Shown: positions 28,388 to 38,463, counted from the first letter of the stretch. The stretch: 64,000 bases of DNA from Candidatus Omnitrophica bacterium UBA6233 (GCA_002440965.1 DJWJ01000031.1:6348-70347), one strand, 5' to 3'. The notes: generated by a model from the sequence alone, not told the origin. Made by a program: numbers and translations.

Positions 28388-29371
28388 ATGGTTAGAAGGG
28401 TATTTAATATTTTCTATTGTTTATCGCTAGCAAGGATTTTTGGGATTAGATTTCCATTGCTGGTTGGCTGGTCAATTACAAATAGGTGTAATTCCGAATG
28501 TCTTTATTGCACTTCTTGGAGAGATAAAAAAGATGAGCTTAATACACAGCAGTTGTTTTCTATTATCGATGAGCTTGCTGAGATGGGTACGCAGAGTATC
28601 AGTTATACCGGGGGAGAGCCGCTTATCAGAGAGGATATCGGGAGGATAGTAAGATATACGAAGAGCAAAGGCATAAAAACCGGTATATCCAGTAATGGCT
28701 TACTCGTAGGGGGTAAAATTGACGATATCAAAGGTATAGATTCTCTTGTCTTGAGTTTCGACGGAGAAGAAGAGATACATGATATGCAGCGCTGCAGTGG
28801 ATCATACCGGAAAGTATTAGAAGCGATCAGATTGGCGAAAAAAAATGATATTTTCACAAGGCTCCATACCGTTTTAACCAAGAATAATATAGACTCCGTT
28901 GATTATATACTTGATTTTGCTAAAAGAGAGAAGCTGATTGTAAGTTTTACGGTGGTAGAATTCGATCCTTTTAGCGAAAAAGAAGAAATTCTAAAGCTTC
29001 TTCCCCAAAAGGAAAAATTCAGAGCGGTTATATCAAGGCTTATATCGGAGAGGAAAGATGGAAATAAATATTTAGGAAATTCGCCCGTTGGTTTAGAATA
29101 CCTTTTAAGTTGGCCATATTGCAAAAGGATGCTTTGTTCAGCCGGCAGGATTTATTGTCGGATAGAATCTAATGGCGATGTTTTTCCTTGCGCAAACCTG
29201 GTAAATGAAACTGTGCCTCAAAACTGCGTTAAGGATGGTTTTCGGAATGCTTTTAAGAAATTATCGCTGAATAATTGCGACGCTTGTTGGTGCGATACGC
29301 GTATAGAAATAAATTATATATATTCGTTTAATTTAGAAGCGATCTATAATGCAAAATCGATTTTTCGTTAA
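28388..29371 (+). CDS. Radical SAM/SPASM-domain protein (paralog 3)
   Basis: ITNRCNSECLYCT, GGEPLI, SPASM cluster (CSAGR...DVFPCA...CDACWC). Confidence 0.75.
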   Translation: MVRRVFNIFYCLSLARIFGIRFPLLVGWSITNRCNSECLYCTSWRDKKDELNTQQLFSIIDELAEMGTQSISYTGGEPLIREDIGRIVRYTKSKGIKTGISSNGLLVGGKIDDIKGIDSLVLSFDGEEEIHDMQRCSGSYRKVLEAIRLAKKNDIFTRLHTVLTKNNIDSVDYILDFAKREKLIVSFTVVEFDPFSEKEEILKLLPQKEKFRAVISRLISERKDGNKYLGNSPVGLEYLLSWPYCKRMLCSAGRIYCRIESNGDVFPCANLVNETVPQNCVKDGFRNAFKKLSLNNCDACWCDTRIEINYIYSFNLEAIYNAKSIFR

Positions 29372-29410
29372 GAACCGCGTTAAATCACTGAAACGTTTAG
29401 TATTTATTAT

Positions 29411-31015
29411 ATGCCGGTAATGAAAAAAAATAACTCCTTTTTATATTTAATTGCGGCCTTTTCGCTTTTAGTTACTTTGTATTGTCAGTTTCCCCTTTTG
29501 ACGAATAAGTTCGCAATAGATGATGATGTGCGCCAGGAGATCTATCACTATGAGCGCTATAGGGATAAGGATTTATTCAAGGATGATTTAATAGTAACGG
29601 ATTATTTGAAGAAATGGAACCCGATCGGTCTTAATTCTTTCTATTATTTAATAAGCAAGATATACGATCCGGTTCAATTTACGAAAATCCTGCCATTTTT
29701 TCTTTGCCTATTTTCGGTAATTTACATGTATTTAATTGGTAGGACATTAAGGAATGGTTCAGCCGGTTTATTGTCCGGCCTTATGTTTATTTTTCTTGCT
29801 TGGAGTAGAAAGGATTTCGCTGCTTTTAGCACTGGTAATGGAGAGGATTTCGGTATACTTTTTTGCATAATGTTTATCTATTATTTTCTCAAGAAGGATT
29901 CTCTGAAAACCGGGATATCTTTGGTTTTGCTCGCTTTATTCTATCCGCCTTTACTGATAATTTGCCTGTTGACATGCATATTTTGCCTAGTATTTGAATT
30001 TTCACGGAGTGGTATAATTAAAAAGAAAGACTTAATAATTTTAGCTTCTGTATTGTTTATAGTCTTAGTTACATTAATAATAGAGTATGGCGATGGTAAG
30101 ATAAAGATGTTGTCCTTAAAGGAAATGAGAAATATGCAAGAGTTTTATCCCTGGGGGAGAAAACCGCTTTTTTTCGCTTCATTTTACCGGCGTTGGACAA
30201 ATGCGGAAAGTGGGATAGCCTTGGATTATCCTGTCGCTTGGCTGGCTGTAGTATCTTTTTTACTGTTCTTATTTCGCAGGAAAAAGGCGTTAGCAAATTT
30301 GCCTTGTTCATTATGGTATTTTATTTTTATATCTTTTATTATGTTTATAATTGCAAATATCGTCATGTTTCGTTTATATGGTCCTTCCAGGTTCTTGAGA
30401 TACCCACTGCCTTTATTCCTGATCTTTTTTGTTGCGGTAAATATAAGCGATATAATAAACAGTATTAAATCTGTTCGCAGAAAGTCGGTGTTCTTACTCG
30501 GATTTATTTTTTTGACTATGCTTTGTTTTGTTCCAAAACTAAAAGCTCGTTATAGAATAGCGCCTTATCCTAGTCTATATGCTTTTTTGCAAACATTGCC
30601 AAAAAACGCGCTTATTGCCGGAGAGCCATTTTTAATGGATGATATTCCGACTTTCGCAAAAAGAAAAGTCTTGATGGATGATGAAGTTTCTCAGCCTTAC
30701 TTTGCGGATTTTTACCCGCTTATTAAAGAGAGGATTTTTGATTTTTTCGGAGCCTATTATTCGGATTCTTACGAAAAAGTATGCGATTTTTGCCGAAAAT
30801 ACGAAGTAACTTATTTAGTCGTGAACAAAAAACATTTTTCGCCGGATTATTTGACAGGGAAGTTTATTTATTACAATCCTTTCAACGGTTATATTAAGAA
30901 TTTAATAAAAGATAGGCCGGTATTATTGTTGGCTAATATCCCGGAAGAAAAAAAGATATTTAAAGACGGCGACATATTTGCGCTTAAGGTAGAAGATATC
31001 TGTAAGGAGAAATAG
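29411..31015 (+). CDS. Polytopic membrane protein (possible GT-C-like)
   Basis: Multiple TM segments. IDDDVRQE acidic loop after TM1. C-terminal soluble domain. 534 aa. Confidence 0.45.
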   Translation: MPVMKKNNSFLYLIAAFSLLVTLYCQFPLLTNKFAIDDDVRQEIYHYERYRDKDLFKDDLIVTDYLKKWNPIGLNSFYYLISKIYDPVQFTKILPFFLCLFSVIYMYLIGRTLRNGSAGLLSGLMFIFLAWSRKDFAAFSTGNGEDFGILFCIMFIYYFLKKDSLKTGISLVLLALFYPPLLIICLLTCIFCLVFEFSRSGIIKKKDLIILASVLFIVLVTLIIEYGDGKIKMLSLKEMRNMQEFYPWGRKPLFFASFYRRWTNAESGIALDYPVAWLAVVSFLLFLFRRKKALANLPCSLWYFIFISFIMFIIANIVMFRLYGPSRFLRYPLPLFLIFFVAVNISDIINSIKSVRRKSVFLLGFIFLTMLCFVPKLKARYRIAPYPSLYAFLQTLPKNALIAGEPFLMDDIPTFAKRKVLMDDEVSQPYFADFYPLIKERIFDFFGAYYSDSYEKVCDFCRKYEVTYLVVNKKHFSPDYLTGKFIYYNPFNGYIKNLIKDRPVLLLANIPEEKKIFKDGDIFALKVEDICKEK

Positions 31016-31018
31016 GAA

Positions 31019-32230
31019 ATGCCTTTTAATAAGATTCCTCATAATAGGGTAATAGTAAAAGCGGGGGAACTTTGGGGCATTCTTTTATTGTATTTAAGAA
31101 ACCAGTTGGTAAATGGCCGATACATCTCAGATTTCGAAGCGGAATTCGCAAGGTATATAGGTGTAGAATTTTCTATTGCTTTGTCTTCTGGGCGCTTAGG
31201 TTTAAGGTTAATACTTGAATCTTTAGAGTTGGATAAAGGAGATGAGGTAATTATGCCCGCGTATACTTTTTATGCTGTTCGGGAAACCATAGAAAAATGT
31301 GGCCTCAAGCCGGTCTTAGTAGACGTAAATGAAGATGACTGTAATATGCAGGTGGGTCTTATCGAGGGGAAGATTACTATAAGGACAAAGGCAATAATTG
31401 CGACTCATCTTTATGGTAATTCCTGCGAGTTGAACCGAATATTAGAGATTGCCGGTAAGTATAATTTGTTTGTTATTGAAGATTGCGCTCAGGCATTAGG
31501 GGCGCAATATTGCGGAAGAAGAGTGGGTTCTTACGGTGATTTTTCGTTTTTTAGCCTCGAGTCGGTAAAACCGTTTCATACCTTTGGCGGAGGTGTGATA
31601 GCTACGAATAACCCCCTCTTATATGCAAAACTAAGAAATCTGGTTGAAAAATTGCCTCGTCCCAGCTGTTATGGCATATTCAAAAAAATAAATTTTACGA
31701 TTATAGAGGCCATATTAACCTGTCCTTTTTTCTTTTCCGTATTTGTTTATCCTATTTTACTGGGCACATCTTTTTTAAATAAAGATTTGAAGGGCATCGC
31801 GAAAAAAACAAAAAATAAATTCAAGATTTTTGAAAGCAAGTATTCCAATTTTCAGGCATATATAGGGCTTCAGAAATTACGTGATCTGGATAAATTGTTA
31901 AACAAAAGAATTGCCAACGCCAAGCTTTTGATTTCCGGGTTAAGACCCGGGATATTTACTCAGGAAGTCAAGTCCTGTTTAAAGCCGATATTTTATTATT
32001 TAGTTTTAAAAAGCGGCAATGCTTGTATGTCCAGTAGAATATTGCTTAGAAAAGGAATCGATGTGGATTCAAATTTGGTGCAGAAATGCTCTGAATTTTT
32101 AGCGGAAGAAGAATATCCTATTACTTGTCGGATCAGTAAGGCAACGCTTTTAATTCCTGTGTATCCGCAGTTGAGTAATCGCGAGATAAGGTATGTTTGT
32201 AAAATAATAAACCAGGTTTTCAGCGAATGA
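31019..32230 (+). CDS. DegT/DnrJ/EryC1/StrS-family PLP-dependent sugar aminotransferase (with unusual hydrophobic insert)
   Basis: Aminotransferase N-terminal region, FSLESVKPF (PLP-Lys). Typical C-terminal. About 40-aa hydrophobic insertion at aa 215-255. Confidence 0.65.
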   Translation: MPFNKIPHNRVIVKAGELWGILLLYLRNQLVNGRYISDFEAEFARYIGVEFSIALSSGRLGLRLILESLELDKGDEVIMPAYTFYAVRETIEKCGLKPVLVDVNEDDCNMQVGLIEGKITIRTKAIIATHLYGNSCELNRILEIAGKYNLFVIEDCAQALGAQYCGRRVGSYGDFSFFSLESVKPFHTFGGGVIATNNPLLYAKLRNLVEKLPRPSCYGIFKKINFTIIEAILTCPFFFSVFVYPILLGTSFLNKDLKGIAKKTKNKFKIFESKYSNFQAYIGLQKLRDLDKLLNKRIANAKLLISGLRPGIFTQEVKSCLKPIFYYLVLKSGNACMSSRILLRKGIDVDSNLVQKCSEFLAEEEYPITCRISKATLLIPVYPQLSNREIRYVCKIINQVFSE

Positions 32231-33207
32231 AACTTACTCAGAAACTAAACATTATATTTTCACTTGTAGCTAAAAGGATAATGAAAGTCAAGGCCCCGCT
32301 TTTGGTCAGTTGGTCTTTAACTAATAGATGTAACTACCGATGCCAATATTGCGGTATTTGGAAAGAAAATACAAAAGAGTTAAATACTAGTGAGGTATTT
32401 TTCGTGATAGATGAATTATCTAGATGTGGAAATAAGGCGATTGCATTTACGGGTGGCGAATCGCTAATGCGTGATGATATTATAGATATAATAGACTATT
32501 GTTCTTACCGGGGTATATATACCAAGCTATCGACCAACGGTTCTTTAGTTAAGGATAAGATAAACGGGCTTAGCAAGATAGGTTTTGTGCGAATGAGTTT
32601 TGATGGACCGAAAGAGGTTCATGACGCCCAGCGGCAAAACGGTTCCTATGATGAAGTTGTTGCTGCTGTGGATTTGTTGAGAAAAAATAATATTAAAGTA
32701 GGTTTAAATTGCGTTATTTCAAAATTGAATGCAGGTCACATCAGCGATATTCTAAATGAAGCAAAAAAAATGGATTTAAGGATTTCTTTTCAGCCCCTGG
32801 AGTATAGGAATAATAGGGAATTTTTATTTGAAAATATGCCCAGTAACGAAGAATATAAAAAAGTTTTTGAGATACTTCTTGCTGAGAAAATAAGAGGCAA
32901 CAGGTATATAGCGAATTCGCCCATGGTGTTAAGTTATATGCTTAATGGTTTCCGGCAGAGTAGTATTAAATGTTGGGCGGGATTATTAATTTGGAGAATA
33001 ACGCCGGAGGGGGAAATTATGGCCTGCGACAGATTAGAGGGATCCACTGAATCCTACTCATGTTTGGACGGAGAAATAGGCAAGGCGCTTAACATGATGG
33101 GCCCTGTCCATTGCTCAAAAATGTGTTTAAGGAATTATACTATTGAATTGAACTATCTTCTGTCATTTAAACCGTCAACCATATTGAATTTAAGATATGA
33201 TTTTTAG
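32227..33207 (+). CDS. Radical SAM/SPASM-domain protein (paralog 4)
   Basis: LTNRCNYRCQYCG, GGESLM, SPASM cluster. Confidence 0.75.
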   Translation: MKLTQKLNIIFSLVAKRIMKVKAPLLVSWSLTNRCNYRCQYCGIWKENTKELNTSEVFFVIDELSRCGNKAIAFTGGESLMRDDIIDIIDYCSYRGIYTKLSTNGSLVKDKINGLSKIGFVRMSFDGPKEVHDAQRQNGSYDEVVAAVDLLRKNNIKVGLNCVISKLNAGHISDILNEAKKMDLRISFQPLEYRNNREFLFENMPSNEEYKKVFEILLAEKIRGNRYIANSPMVLSYMLNGFRQSSIKCWAGLLIWRITPEGEIMACDRLEGSTESYSCLDGEIGKALNMMGPVHCSKMCLRNYTIELNYLLSFKPSTILNLRYDF

Positions 33208-33213
33208 GTATGT

Positions 33214-34455
33214 ATGAAACATAAAATATTTTTTATTATAATTAATATTTTTATTGTTTGTGTTTTATTGGTAATCCTAGAGGTGTCTGCGCATTTAGTT
33301 CCTGGCAAAAAAGATCTTCTGGAAGAGATAGTTAATGTTCTTGAGGAGGATTCTTTGCTTTTTTGGAGACAAAAGCCAAACCTGCAAACAATGTTCCAGG
33401 ATTTTCCAGTAGAAACAGATTCTCTTGGCTTGCGCGTAAATAGATATGCATATCAGCAGGGGACAGGCCATATATTTAGAATTGTTTGTCTGGGGGCCTC
33501 GCCTACATTCGGCTGGGCCGTTAAATATGAAGATACCTATTCCTGCCAATTAGAGAAGATGCTTAATAAAAGTTACGGCAAAAATAAAGCATATGAAGTG
33601 ATTAATGCCGGAGTTATAGGATATTCATCTTATCAGGGGTTGCTTTTTCTAAAAAGGGATATATTAAAACTGAAGCCGGACCTTATTACGGTCGCCTATG
33701 GCCTTAATGATGCGGATAGGCATCGTTTCTTCAGAAGTAACGGTAAGAGCGATAAAGAATTAAAACCAAAGAGCTTATTCCTGGTTTCTTTGGAGAATTT
33801 ACTCAACAGGAGCCTGTTTTTCAGATTATGCAAGAACTTTATTTTTAAAGTAGAGAGTGTCAGGACTGAGTTTTCGGGTAACAAGGGGGATGTTTATTTC
33901 GGGAGGTTAAGAGTTTCTGCTCAGGATTTCAGGAATAATATCAATGAAATTATACGCATCGCAAACCAAAATGGGATAAAAGTTATATTAGTGAAAATTC
34001 CTATAAATTCCGCTTCTTCCGAGGAAAAACCCTTGATTCAACAGGCTCAATATGACATTGCTCTTTCTAGGGGATTGGATTATTTGAAAGCAAAAAGAAT
34101 AAACGATGCAATTGTTCAATTTAAAGATGCTCTTACATATGATTCTTCATCCAGCAGAGCTTTTTTTTATTTAGCTGCTTGTTATGAAATGAAAAAAGAA
34201 CCTGTAGCTGCTCAGGATTATTTTCAAGAAGCAAAAAAAATGCAAGTTGTTCAATTGAGGACGGATTTGGAAGTTTATAACGGTATAATTGAGGAGATAG
34301 CTGAGGCCAAGGAAGTGCCATTGGCAGATGCCGGGCCGGATTTTATTAGAAATAAAGAAAAAAAATTGTTCGCTACTCCTATTCATCCTAATAACGAAGG
34401 CCACAAAATTGTCGCAACAGTAATTTATGATGCAATGTTACGGTATAATCTTTAG
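33214..34455 (+). CDS. Membrane-anchored SGNH-like hydrolase with TPR-like segment
   Basis: N-terminal TM, LGASPTFG, C-terminal HPNNEGH. Paralogous architecture to 26159-27385. Confidence 0.45.
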   Translation: MKHKIFFIIINIFIVCVLLVILEVSAHLVPGKKDLLEEIVNVLEEDSLLFWRQKPNLQTMFQDFPVETDSLGLRVNRYAYQQGTGHIFRIVCLGASPTFGWAVKYEDTYSCQLEKMLNKSYGKNKAYEVINAGVIGYSSYQGLLFLKRDILKLKPDLITVAYGLNDADRHRFFRSNGKSDKELKPKSLFLVSLENLLNRSLFFRLCKNFIFKVESVRTEFSGNKGDVYFGRLRVSAQDFRNNINEIIRIANQNGIKVILVKIPINSASSEEKPLIQQAQYDIALSRGLDYLKAKRINDAIVQFKDALTYDSSSSRAFFYLAACYEMKKEPVAAQDYFQEAKKMQVVQLRTDLEVYNGIIEEIAEAKEVPLADAGPDFIRNKEKKLFATPIHPNNEGHKIVATVIYDAMLRYNL

Positions 34456-34464
34456 AGGGTAGAT

Positions 34465-35448
34465 ATGGATTTGTGGACTAAAATCGGATTTGCAAAATCA
34501 ATAATTCAGGTTATTCTTTTCTCGCGGAGAATTCCTTTGATAGTCAGCTGGCATTTAATAAATAGATGCAGCCGCAGTTGTATTTATTGTTCCAGGTGGA
34601 AAACAGCTACGGGCGAAATGGAAAATAATGAAATCCTAGGGGTTATTGATGAATTGGCGAAAATGGGAACTCGGGTTATTATATTTAGCGGCGGCGAACC
34701 GTTATTAAGAGACAATATCGGTGAAATTATAAGTTACTGCCGGAGCAAGGGTATATTTACCGGCTTGACCAGTAACGGGGATTTGGTAGAGAGAAAGATA
34801 AACGAGATTAAAGAACTGAATGTCCTTAAATTAAGCCTTGATGGTCCGGAAGAAATACATGATTTTCTGCGGGGTAAAGGTTCCTTTGATAAAGTCATGG
34901 AAGCAGTTGAGGCAGCAAAGAAGGTAGGGATACCGGTTAAATTTAATACGACCTTAACCAGATACAATATAGGATGCATAGATTTCCTGTTGGCAAAAGC
35001 AGAAGAGTTAGACATTCAGATAAAATTCCAGCCTGTTAGTCATGTGCATGCGCCGGACAGAGACATCAGCGATTTGCTGCCCGAAGCTAATAAATATCAA
35101 GAGACAATAAGCCGGCTCATTTATCTTAAGAAACGCAACCCATATATAATAAACTCGACTTCCGCACTTAAATACCTTTATGCTTTGCCAAAGGGCAAAA
35201 AAATTAATTGCTATGCCGGTAGAATCATCTGTTGTATAATGCCTGACGGGCGTGTTGCGCCATGTTCTGCTATAAGAGATAGTTTTTATTCCGTTAGTTG
35301 TTTATCCGTTAGGTTTAAAGATGCTTTTGATAAGTTGCCGCCGGTTTATTCATGCAAGGGTTGTTGGTGCACAAGCACATTAGAATTGAATTGTTTTTTA
35401 AGGTTTGATTTAGATACGTTTTTAAACATGAAGAATATGTTTAAATAG
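34465..35448 (+). CDS. Radical SAM/SPASM-domain protein (paralog 5)
   Basis: LINRCSRSCIYCS, GGEPLL, SPASM cluster (CYAGR...DGRVAPCS...CKGCWC). Confidence 0.75.
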   Translation: MDLWTKIGFAKSIIQVILFSRRIPLIVSWHLINRCSRSCIYCSRWKTATGEMENNEILGVIDELAKMGTRVIIFSGGEPLLRDNIGEIISYCRSKGIFTGLTSNGDLVERKINEIKELNVLKLSLDGPEEIHDFLRGKGSFDKVMEAVEAAKKVGIPVKFNTTLTRYNIGCIDFLLAKAEELDIQIKFQPVSHVHAPDRDISDLLPEANKYQETISRLIYLKKRNPYIINSTSALKYLYALPKGKKINCYAGRIICCIMPDGRVAPCSAIRDSFYSVSCLSVRFKDAFDKLPPVYSCKGCWCTSTLELNCFLRFDLDTFLNMKNMFK

Positions 35449-35523
35449 GTAACTGTAAAAATATAATATTAAAAAGAGGATAGAGAGAATAGGGATAAAT
35501 AGTTTAAAATGGAGGGAGTCGAG

Positions 35524-36261
35524 ATGAAGAAGCTATTTTTCTTATTGCTAATGAATATAAGTCTTTCCGCGACATGTTTATATGCGGGTTATGATTTAGA
35601 AAAGTATTTTCCTACTGGCCAGAAAGATATCTGGGCTTATTCTATGGTGGAACATGATATTGGACAGGAGGCGGGTAAAAATGAAGCGGAGATTGGCGTA
35701 GAAGTAAGATTCTTAAAAGATGGAACAGGGAATGACTTATATGGGCCTATTCGTATGTTAATCAAGTATAGCGATGGAGAACGGAATGAGTATTCTATAA
35801 GCAAGGATTCGGAAGGAATAAAGGTTAGCAAGTTCGTTAAAGAAAACAACTATTATTCCGTTTTTGAACCACCGTTTTTGTTGCTACCTTCTAAAATTAA
35901 CGAAGGAGAAACTAAAGAATATTCTGGTATTATCACTTATTTTGATTCAGATAAGGAAAAAGGGAAAGCAAAGATTAAAAGAGAGCTTACCGCGAATGGT
36001 TTGGAGGATGTAGAGACAAAAGCGGGCGTATTTAAAAACTGCGTTCGCATTTACGTTAAAGAGGTTATTAATAAAGAAAACGGTGAAGTAAAGAATAAGT
36101 TCTATACGTTCTGGTTTAGCCCTGAAGCCGGAGAAGTTAAAGAAGTCGTCAGGACGATTACCTTCCGTTTGGCGGAGAATGAGTATAAAAAAACTTCCTC
36201 CGATGAGAGTACGATGGAGCTAAAAAGAACTACAGTAAACGGGAGAAGTTTTGGTAATTAG
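35524..36261 (+). CDS. Secreted hypothetical protein (signal peptide)
   Basis: GGAGGGAG RBS 7 nt before ATG 35524. MKKLFFLLLMNISLSATCLYA is a signal peptide. Predicted beta-rich. Confidence 0.5.
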   Translation: MKKLFFLLLMNISLSATCLYAGYDLEKYFPTGQKDIWAYSMVEHDIGQEAGKNEAEIGVEVRFLKDGTGNDLYGPIRMLIKYSDGERNEYSISKDSEGIKVSKFVKENNYYSVFEPPFLLLPSKINEGETKEYSGIITYFDSDKEKGKAKIKRELTANGLEDVETKAGVFKNCVRIYVKEVINKENGEVKNKFYTFWFSPEAGEVKEVVRTITFRLAENEYKKTSSDESTMELKRTTVNGRSFGN

Positions 36262-36414
36262 CCGTTTGAATTCCCACCTTTTTATGCTAATTATTTCTCC
36301 ATAAATGCGTATAAAATTTATCTATTGGACGTTAATTTCTTTATTGTTTTTTTTCTGTATTCCCTACATTCATAATTGTTGTTCTCGCGATTATGTTTGG
36401 GAGGATTTTTAAAA

Positions 36415-38247
36415 ATGGGAAGGATCTGCGGTTTTATAAATTCCAATAGCGTTTCCGCGAATATTGCCAATATGCTTTCTAACTGTTATCCTGCGGGGGA
36501 GAAGAGCGATTTCTCAGGGCTTTATTATGTTGACAGAGATACTTTTCTAGCAGTAGAAGGAAAAGGCAACTTGGCGCGCAGCATGGATGGAAGGTTCGCA
36601 TGCCTTATAGATGGAAAAATATTCAACCTGAAAGAACTTTCCGCCGATTTCATGGATAAAAAGAGTCATGGAAATGCCGATTCTCAGGCAGCCGCTATAT
36701 TAAGTTTCTATATGCAACAGGGAACAGCAGCTTTTAGCCGGCTCAAGGGGTCATTTGCCCTAGTTATATGGGATTCAAGAGAGCAGCAGTTGATTTTAGC
36801 CAGGGATCCTTTCGGCATAAAGTGTGTCTACTATGCAAATACCCGCGGGGTACTTTCTTTCTCCTCGAGCCTGACAGGCCTTGTAAGAATGCCATGGTTT
36901 AATAAAGAGATCGGCATGAGCGGGTTTCTGGAATACCTATCTTGTGGTTATGTTAGTTCCCCCTCTACAATATATAAAAACGCAGCTTCTTTAAATGCAG
37001 GAGAATACCTTGTGTTTAAAGATAATGATGCCAGGATAGAAAATTATCGCCCTGTTGAACCCCATAAATGGTATTTTCATGATACTGGGGATATAGGGGA
37101 GCGCGAACTCGTAGATAGATTTGAGCGGCTCTTATTTAACGCTATAAGTTGTCGGTTATCCAAAACCCAGAAGACAGCGGTATATCTTAGCGGAGGGATG
37201 GATACCTCATTGCTTTGTGCCATGCTCAGGAATTATACAGACGGAGATATCGTCGCTTTTACCTCGGGGTCCAATAATCCTATATGCGACGAGACGCATC
37301 ACGCACAGGCGGTGGCCAAGCATCTTAACATAGAATGTAGAAGTTATTACCCGACCAGGGAGGATTTTTTTAGTGCGCTAGAGCTTCTACCGGATATCTA
37401 CGGACAACCCTTTGCCGACATATCCGCCATACCTACCTACCTTATAACGCGGAAAGTCGCGGAAGAATTCAGGATGGTATTTACAGGAGAGGGGCCTGAT
37501 TTTATGTTCGGGAATTACGATTTTCGTTCCCTCTACTATTATTATAAAGTTGTCCCTCCCGGATTACGCGGACAGGTTTCTAGGCTGGTCGGCTACATTA
37601 TCCAGCGATTCTATAAGGCTAGAATATCTCCAAATTTAGATGTCCCTGAACTTATGAGGCAAAGGGATTTTTTTTGGGTTTTTCTCCGGATGTTTAAAAG
37701 CGCTGATCTGGAAAACCTGGTAAGGGAATCAATTTATAATGAAAGCTTTTGGGTCTATAGGTTTTTGGAGAAGCGCAAAGATATTCCTCTGGCGGAAAGA
37801 TTGAGGCTAGCCCAGTATATCTGTTATGGTATTAATAATGTCCTATACAAATCTGAGCAGGCTCATAGCGCTAGCTTGGTTGAGTTGGTATGCCCGTATT
37901 ATGACGCAGAGTTATTCAATTTTGTTCAGTTTCTTCCGACGAAGTATAAATTCAGGCGATTTTTTGGCAAATATCTGCAAAAGAAACTACTCTATAAATA
38001 CGTACCTAAGAAGATGCTCGATCGCCCCAAAAGAGGCTTTGTTGTGGATTTTGCAGAGTTTGGCATGGCACCGTTGCGGGCCCTGACAGATAAATACCTC
38101 AGTAAGAAAAGACTCGATGAAACAGGAATAATAAATACAAGCTTCGCATTGCAATGCGTGGAGGACTACTACAGGGGAGACACCAGTATGGGGCCTAAGC
38201 TATGGACCCTTCTAGTATTTGGGATGTGGTGTGACCGTTTTCAATAG
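36415..38247 (+). CDS. AsnB-family amidotransferase homolog lacking an N-terminal Cys (second paralog)
   Basis: GGGAGGA RBS then MGRICGF (Cys at position 5, not 2). PP-loop YLSGGMDTSLL. 611 aa from ATG 36415. Confidence 0.75.
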   Translation: MGRICGFINSNSVSANIANMLSNCYPAGEKSDFSGLYYVDRDTFLAVEGKGNLARSMDGRFACLIDGKIFNLKELSADFMDKKSHGNADSQAAAILSFYMQQGTAAFSRLKGSFALVIWDSREQQLILARDPFGIKCVYYANTRGVLSFSSSLTGLVRMPWFNKEIGMSGFLEYLSCGYVSSPSTIYKNAASLNAGEYLVFKDNDARIENYRPVEPHKWYFHDTGDIGERELVDRFERLLFNAISCRLSKTQKTAVYLSGGMDTSLLCAMLRNYTDGDIVAFTSGSNNPICDETHHAQAVAKHLNIECRSYYPTREDFFSALELLPDIYGQPFADISAIPTYLITRKVAEEFRMVFTGEGPDFMFGNYDFRSLYYYYKVVPPGLRGQVSRLVGYIIQRFYKARISPNLDVPELMRQRDFFWVFLRMFKSADLENLVRESIYNESFWVYRFLEKRKDIPLAERLRLAQYICYGINNVLYKSEQAHSASLVELVCPYYDAELFNFVQFLPTKYKFRRFFGKYLQKKLLYKYVPKKMLDRPKRGFVVDFAEFGMAPLRALTDKYLSKKRLDETGIINTSFALQCVEDYYRGDTSMGPKLWTLLVFGMWCDRFQ

Positions 38248-38463
38248 GAATTAACTAATCCAGAGTAAGGCATGGATAAGATAAAGATAGATCAAATTTT
38301 AGATTTATGGGGAGTTATTAAATGTCCCATTAACTTTGTAAAAGCAAAACTTATATCAACAAGTAAAATAAATGCAACACCCTGTAATCCATAGCTTGAA
38401 CATGGAATTGATTAATTTTTAGTAAGTTATAGTGTAGTCGTTATTCAAAAATATGTTGGAACA

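Noticed and set aside
23203-36261. Search for RiPP precursor peptides near the rSAM/SPASM paralogs
   Set aside because: Intergenic gaps here are 10-60 bp and hold no short Cys/Ser/Thr-rich ORFs with an RBS. The 250-aa secreted protein (35524-36261) is too large and beta-rich to be a typical precursor. A glycan-tailoring role is therefore favoured, but this is unproven.
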